Made by a program: the position numbers and the translations under genes
The notes under the pieces: generated by a model
The model's input: the letters and a program-made list of their open reading frames with translations, nothing else
What the model was told of the DNA's origin: nothing
The model's database searches: none
Assembly: GCA_964597675.1 (NCBI GenBank)
Contig: CAZQYV010000002.1
Coordinates: 7,532 to 71,531, forward strand
DNA from: an uncultured Candidatus Saccharibacteria bacterium
GTDB taxonomy: Bacteria > Patescibacteriota > Minisyncoccia > Phycocordibacterales > DATDWN01
Direction of reading: 5' to 3'
Length of the DNA: 64,000 nucleotides
In this document: in pieces, positions 60,588 to 64,000 of the stretch
How the letters are laid out: each line of letters starts with the position of its first letter
Position numbering within the stretch: the first letter of the stretch is position 1

Positions 60588-60743
60588 ATGTCACAAGATA
60601 GACTTATTCCAATACGAAACAAGCAAACCGGTGAGGTGTATTGGACAACTAAAAACAAAAAGAAAGTTGAGCGAAAAATTGAATTGAAAAAATTCAGTAA
60701 GAAACTTCGTAAGCGAGTTGCGTTCAAAGAGGCAAAGAAATAA
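60588..60743 (+). CDS. rpmG: 50S ribosomal protein L33 (Cys-free), missing from the ORF track
   Basis: MSQDRLIPIRNKQTGEVYWTTKNKKKVERKIELKKFSKKLRKRVAFKEAKK*. Confidence 0.92.
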   Translation: MSQDRLIPIRNKQTGEVYWTTKNKKKVERKIELKKFSKKLRKRVAFKEAKK

Positions 60744-60792
60744 GACGAAAATTCGCCAAAAAGGCGATTTTTTGTTATATTAATCTTCGTAA

Positions 60793-60864
60793 GGGCTTGT
60801 AGTTTCAATGGTAAAACAATCCTCTCCAAAAGGATCGTTCCGCGTTCGAGTCGCGGCGAGCCCG
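60793..60864 (+). tRNA. tRNA-Trp(CCA)
   Basis: GGGCTTG/CGAGCCC, ATCCT-CTCCAAA-AGGAT, TTCGAGT. Confidence 0.92.
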
Positions 60865-60909
60865 CAAAAAAATAAGTCCCGCGCGAGTGGCGCAGGACTT
60901 TGTTGTCGA

Positions 60910-61023
60910 CTATCTGTGTAATGACCACAGGAAGCCGCCAAATATCAGGAGAACAGCTATGTTGGTGCCCCAGATGAGGCACGAGATGAGTCGACTTTTT
61001 TGCTCTTGGGAAAAAGGTTTCAT
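60910..61023 (-). CDS. Unannotated 37-aa single-TM peptide
   Basis: AAAGGGA upstream; MKPFSQEQKSRLISCLIWGTNIAVLLIFGGFLWSLHR*; hairpin at about 60876-60899 downstream. Confidence 0.45.
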   Translation of the reverse strand: MKPFSQEQKSRLISCLIWGTNIAVLLIFGGFLWSLHR

Positions 61024-61080
61024 ACAAATCAGTTTCCCTTTCAAAAGAAGGATTGGTTGTTCGTCCATTCTTTCTTATTT

Positions 61081-61986
61081 TTACTCTTTTCCGTGTAGAA
61101 ATGCAACTACGATTTCTTCAATCTTCTCTGTATCTGTCGGTATAAACCACTGAATCTTAGTATCCCGTTTGAACCACGTTATCTGTCGTTTTGCATATTG
61201 TTCTATTTCCTTTGAAAGAGTCTGTATAAACTCTGACCGAGATATTTTACCGGTAAGAAAAAGTGCAAGATATCGATATTCGAGTCCAAGGGAGAGCATA
61301 CGCTTCCACGAGAGACCGCGCTCGTGTAGTCTCACTGCTTCACTTACCATGCCTGCTTTTAATCGCTTGAGGAGGCGAGTATGGATTTTTTCAGACAATC
61401 CCTCTTTTGAAAGTGTCAGTCCAATTTGCAGAATATCATACGGCGATGATTTTTTCTGAAGGGGAGGCACGCTACCAAGATGTTCTGCGATTTCAATTGC
61501 GCGTACGAGTCGGGCTGGATTTTTTGTATCGATAGTTTCTAGAACATGAGAGTCATATTTTTGTAGAATACCAACTAACTCTGTGGCAGTCTTATTTTCT
61601 AATTCTTGTCGGAGTTGCACATTGGGTGGCACTTCGGGCAAGACAATCCCATCAACAATTGATTGAATATAAAATCCTGTGCCCCCACAAATGATCGGTA
61701 ATTTTCCTCTATTCAAAATATCGGTGATACATTTTTCTGCTGATTTTTGCCAATCGAATACAGAATATATTTTTGTGGGTGAGACAACGTCAAGCATATG
61801 ATGGGGAATACCCCGCATCTCTTTTTTGGTTATTTTACCTGTACCAATGTCGAGGTGCTTGTAGACCTGTCGAGAATCAGCTGAAATAACTTCGCCATTG
61901 TGCTTTTTGGCGATAGTTACAGCTAAATCAGACTTGCCTGTGGCAGTTGGTCCTAGAATGACGATTATGCGTGGTTTAGTTGACAT
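61081..61986 (-). CDS. miaA: tRNA dimethylallyltransferase
   Basis: GPTATGKS, SADSRQVY..LDIGTGK, GGTGFY, YAKRQ.TWF. Confidence 0.97.
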   Translation of the reverse strand: MSTKPRIIVILGPTATGKSDLAVTIAKKHNGEVISADSRQVYKHLDIGTGKITKKEMRGIPHHMLDVVSPTKIYSVFDWQKSAEKCITDILNRGKLPIICGGTGFYIQSIVDGIVLPEVPPNVQLRQELENKTATELVGILQKYDSHVLETIDTKNPARLVRAIEIAEHLGSVPPLQKKSSPYDILQIGLTLSKEGLSEKIHTRLLKRLKAGMVSEAVRLHERGLSWKRMLSLGLEYRYLALFLTGKISRSEFIQTLSKEIEQYAKRQITWFKRDTKIQWFIPTDTEKIEEIVVAFLHGKE

Positions 61987-62024
61987 AATATCCTTATTAT
62001 GGATAATTTTGAGCGGAGGTCAAG

Positions 62025-62267
62025 ATGACACTAACCATTATTGGTAAAGAGAAATTTCACTATAAGATTGTATTTCAGGTGAGAAAATCACCAAAAGATA
62101 CAATCGGGTCTGTGACATATGAATTCATTGGAACCCACACAAGATTCACAGAGTTCCTTGCAACTAAATATCAAGAGCTTTCAGCTGAATATTCAAATGT
62201 TGTGCAGGATAGTGTCACAGTGCTACCTGCAGACAGTCAGCTCATTTTTGGGGACAACAAGCTCTAA
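62025..62267 (+). CDS. Small hypothetical protein
   Basis: GGAGGT SD; terminator AAACCGCGTG...CACGCGGTTT at about 62283-62310. Confidence 0.6.
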   Translation: MTLTIIGKEKFHYKIVFQVRKSPKDTIGSVTYEFIGTHTRFTEFLATKYQELSAEYSNVVQDSVTVLPADSQLIFGDNKL

Positions 62268-62350
62268 TCAAGAATTTTTTCCAAACCGCGTGTGGTCCCC
62301 ACGCGGTTTTCGTTTGATTTTTCTCTTGTTTATAGTATGCTAGGAACGAA

Positions 62351-62432
62351 GCCGGAGTGGCGGAATTGGTATACGCGCACGACTCAAAATCGTGTCTCGC
62401 AAGGGATGAGGGTTCAAGTCCCTCCTCCGGCA
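62351..62432 (+). tRNA. tRNA-Leu(CAA)
   Basis: GCCGGAG/CTCCGGC, CACGA-CTCAAAA-TCGTG. Confidence 0.95.
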
Positions 62433-62604
62433 CAAAAAATCCCCCTTGTGGGGATTTTTTAGTCGGAGAACAAAACGAAGTTTTGTGCGAGGGGCTTGAA
62501 CGGATTTACGGTGTACGCTCGCAGCAGCGAGTGTCGTAAATCCGGCGACTAGGTTTTTTTGTGAGCGACGGCGAGCAAAAAATGTAGTCGAGATTCCCCC
62601 CTCC
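62419..62604 (+). repeat. tRNA-3'-anchored structured element (Leu-CAA)
   Basis: Split antisense GTCGGAG...GAGGGGCTTGAAC, scaffold like the Phe and Ser copies, degenerate distal copy TTCCCCCCTCC. Confidence 0.82.
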
Positions 62605-62606
62605 TT

Positions 62607-64000
62607 CTAAAAATCATTTAGCAGTTTGATATCAGCACCAATAGAATTTAGTCTCTCCGCGATATTTTCATATCCTCGATTGATTGCGTAAACATTTCGT
62701 AAAATAGACGTACCTTTTGCTCCTAGCATCGCCACGAGAATAATCATAGCGGGGCGGAGCGCTGGGGGACATACGATTTGATTTGCTTTAAGTGTTCGTG
62801 GACCATTTACAAAAACTCGATGTGGGTCAGCCAACACTATATCAGCACCGAGTCGGTTAAGCTCTGTAAAATAAATTGCACGGTTTTCCCACATCCAGTC
62901 ATGAATAAGTGTTGTGCCATGGGCAATATTTGCTATTGGAACAAAGAAGGGCAGGTTGTCGGTATTGATACCAGGGTATGCTGATGCATGGATTTTATCA
63001 TTTTGTGCTACAAGTTTTGAAGGCAAAATAGTAATATCACATAGTCGTGTCGATTCATTTTTAGCGAGATATATTTTTGATGAGGTGTATTTGAGCCCCA
63101 TCTTTTTCAGTTTTAGTAATTCAAGAGCCAGAAAGTCAATTGGACATCGGGTAATAGTTAATTTTGACCCTGTAACAATAGCAGCTGAGATAAACATCAT
63201 AGATTCGATTGGATCTTCGCTATTCCAATATTCGATTGGAGTGTTAATTTCTTTGACACCATGTATCACTAGTGTACTTGTTCCAACACCTTCAATCTTC
63301 ACACCGCATTTTTGTAAGAAGAAACACACTTCTTGCACTTGGTAGTTTGGAGGAGTAAAACGCAGTGTAGTCATACCTGGGATCAGTGCCGCTGCAATAA
63401 TCATGTTTTCTGTGGCTGTATCACTAGATTCATACATCACAATGTCCGCTGGGTGTAATTTTTTGTGTTTGATTTCGTAATAGTGCTCTTTGGTACTGAT
63501 TGATACACCAATTTCTTCAAATGCATATCTGTGTGCGGCAATAGTACGCCCACCCATTTTGCATCCTCCAGCGTGGGGGATAATGAATGACTGACCAGCA
63601 TGTATAAGCCCTCCAATCATCATAAGAATTGATCGAATTCGCGGAGTTTTTTCATGATCAAGACCTGCAAAATTAAATTTCTTTGGTGGTGTGATTTTGA
63701 CTGTATTATGTTCTAACCAATCAACTTTGACTCCAATAGATTCAAAAATTTCTATGATGCGAGCCATTTCTTCGATACGAGGGATTCCGTGAAATGTTGT
63801 ACTCTGTTTGTTAAGAAGTGCTGCACAAAAAAGTCCAAGAGCCCCATTTTTTGATGTGTTTGTTTCAATTGTGCCTGATAATTTCCTGCCACCAACAATT
63901 TGAAAATCATCAGTCGAGTTAGAAACTTTGACGAGCGAACGTTCGAGGAGGGAACTTATTTTGTATAGTTGCTCTGTACTTAGATTTTGCTCACCTTTTT
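62607..64000 (-). CDS. murA: UDP-N-acetylglucosamine 1-carboxyvinyltransferase with N-terminal XRE-HTH extension (5' end outside window)
   Basis: GG..LSG.I....SKN, GGCKMGGR, YPG..D, ENR..Y..EL..LGADI, RGYE; frame open upstream as KGEQNLSTEQLYKISSLL. Confidence 0.92.
   Translation of the reverse strand, partial: KGEQNLSTEQLYKISSLLERSLVKVSNSTDDFQIVGGRKLSGTIETNTSKNGALGLFCAALLNKQSTTFHGIPRIEEMARIIEIFESIGVKVDWLEHNTVKITPPKKFNFAGLDHEKTPRIRSILMMIGGLIHAGQSFIIPHAGGCKMGGRTIAAHRYAFEEIGVSISTKEHYYEIKHKKLHPADIVMYESSDTATENMIIAAALIPGMTTLRFTPPNYQVQEVCFFLQKCGVKIEGVGTSTLVIHGVKEINTPIEYWNSEDPIESMMFISAAIVTGSKLTITRCPIDFLALELLKLKKMGLKYTSSKIYLAKNESTRLCDITILPSKLVAQNDKIHASAYPGINTDNLPFFVPIANIAHGTTLIHDWMWENRAIYFTELNRLGADIVLADPHRVFVNGPRTLKANQIVCPPALRPAMIILVAMLGAKGTSILRNVYAINRGYENIAERLNSIGADIKLLNDF

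Noticed and set aside
1-64000. Alternative genetic code (TGA=Gly, as in Gracilibacteria/Absconditabacteria)
   Set aside because: Conserved genes are uninterrupted under code 11 and TGA acts as a stop in several genes.

Overview
AT-rich bacterial chromosome segment using genetic code 11. Gene content points to a Patescibacteria/CPR (Parcubacteria-like) genome: scattered housekeeping genes (lepA, valS, tsaD, ftsA/ftsZ, rpsA, gyrA, infB/rbfA, clpB, miaA, murA, murJ), RNase P RNA, 12 dispersed tRNA genes, giant surface proteins, six tandem VirB2/TrbC-like pilins and many -10/N6-7/ATG leaderless starts. No integrase, transposase, reverse transcriptase or CRISPR array is visible. The strongest unexplained signals are non-coding. 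(1) Ten of 12 tRNA genes are followed by a related 130-200 bp structured element (8 complete, 2 partial): an antisense copy of that tRNA's own T-arm/acceptor, a scaffold shared across different tRNAs with compensatory base changes, and a direct copy of the tRNA 3' end. At tRNA-Glu a 606-bp gene lies inside the element, like a cassette. (2) A stand-alone, highly structured, roughly 320-nt candidate RNA with its own promoter and terminator lies at 23125-23467. (3) An antitoxin-less PemK/MazF gene faces a convergent consensus promoter driving a UUCG/GNRA-hairpin antisense RNA. (4) A second dispersed hairpin-repeat family and several heptamer arrays occur, one inserted in-frame in lepA. All calls were made by eye; no searches were run.
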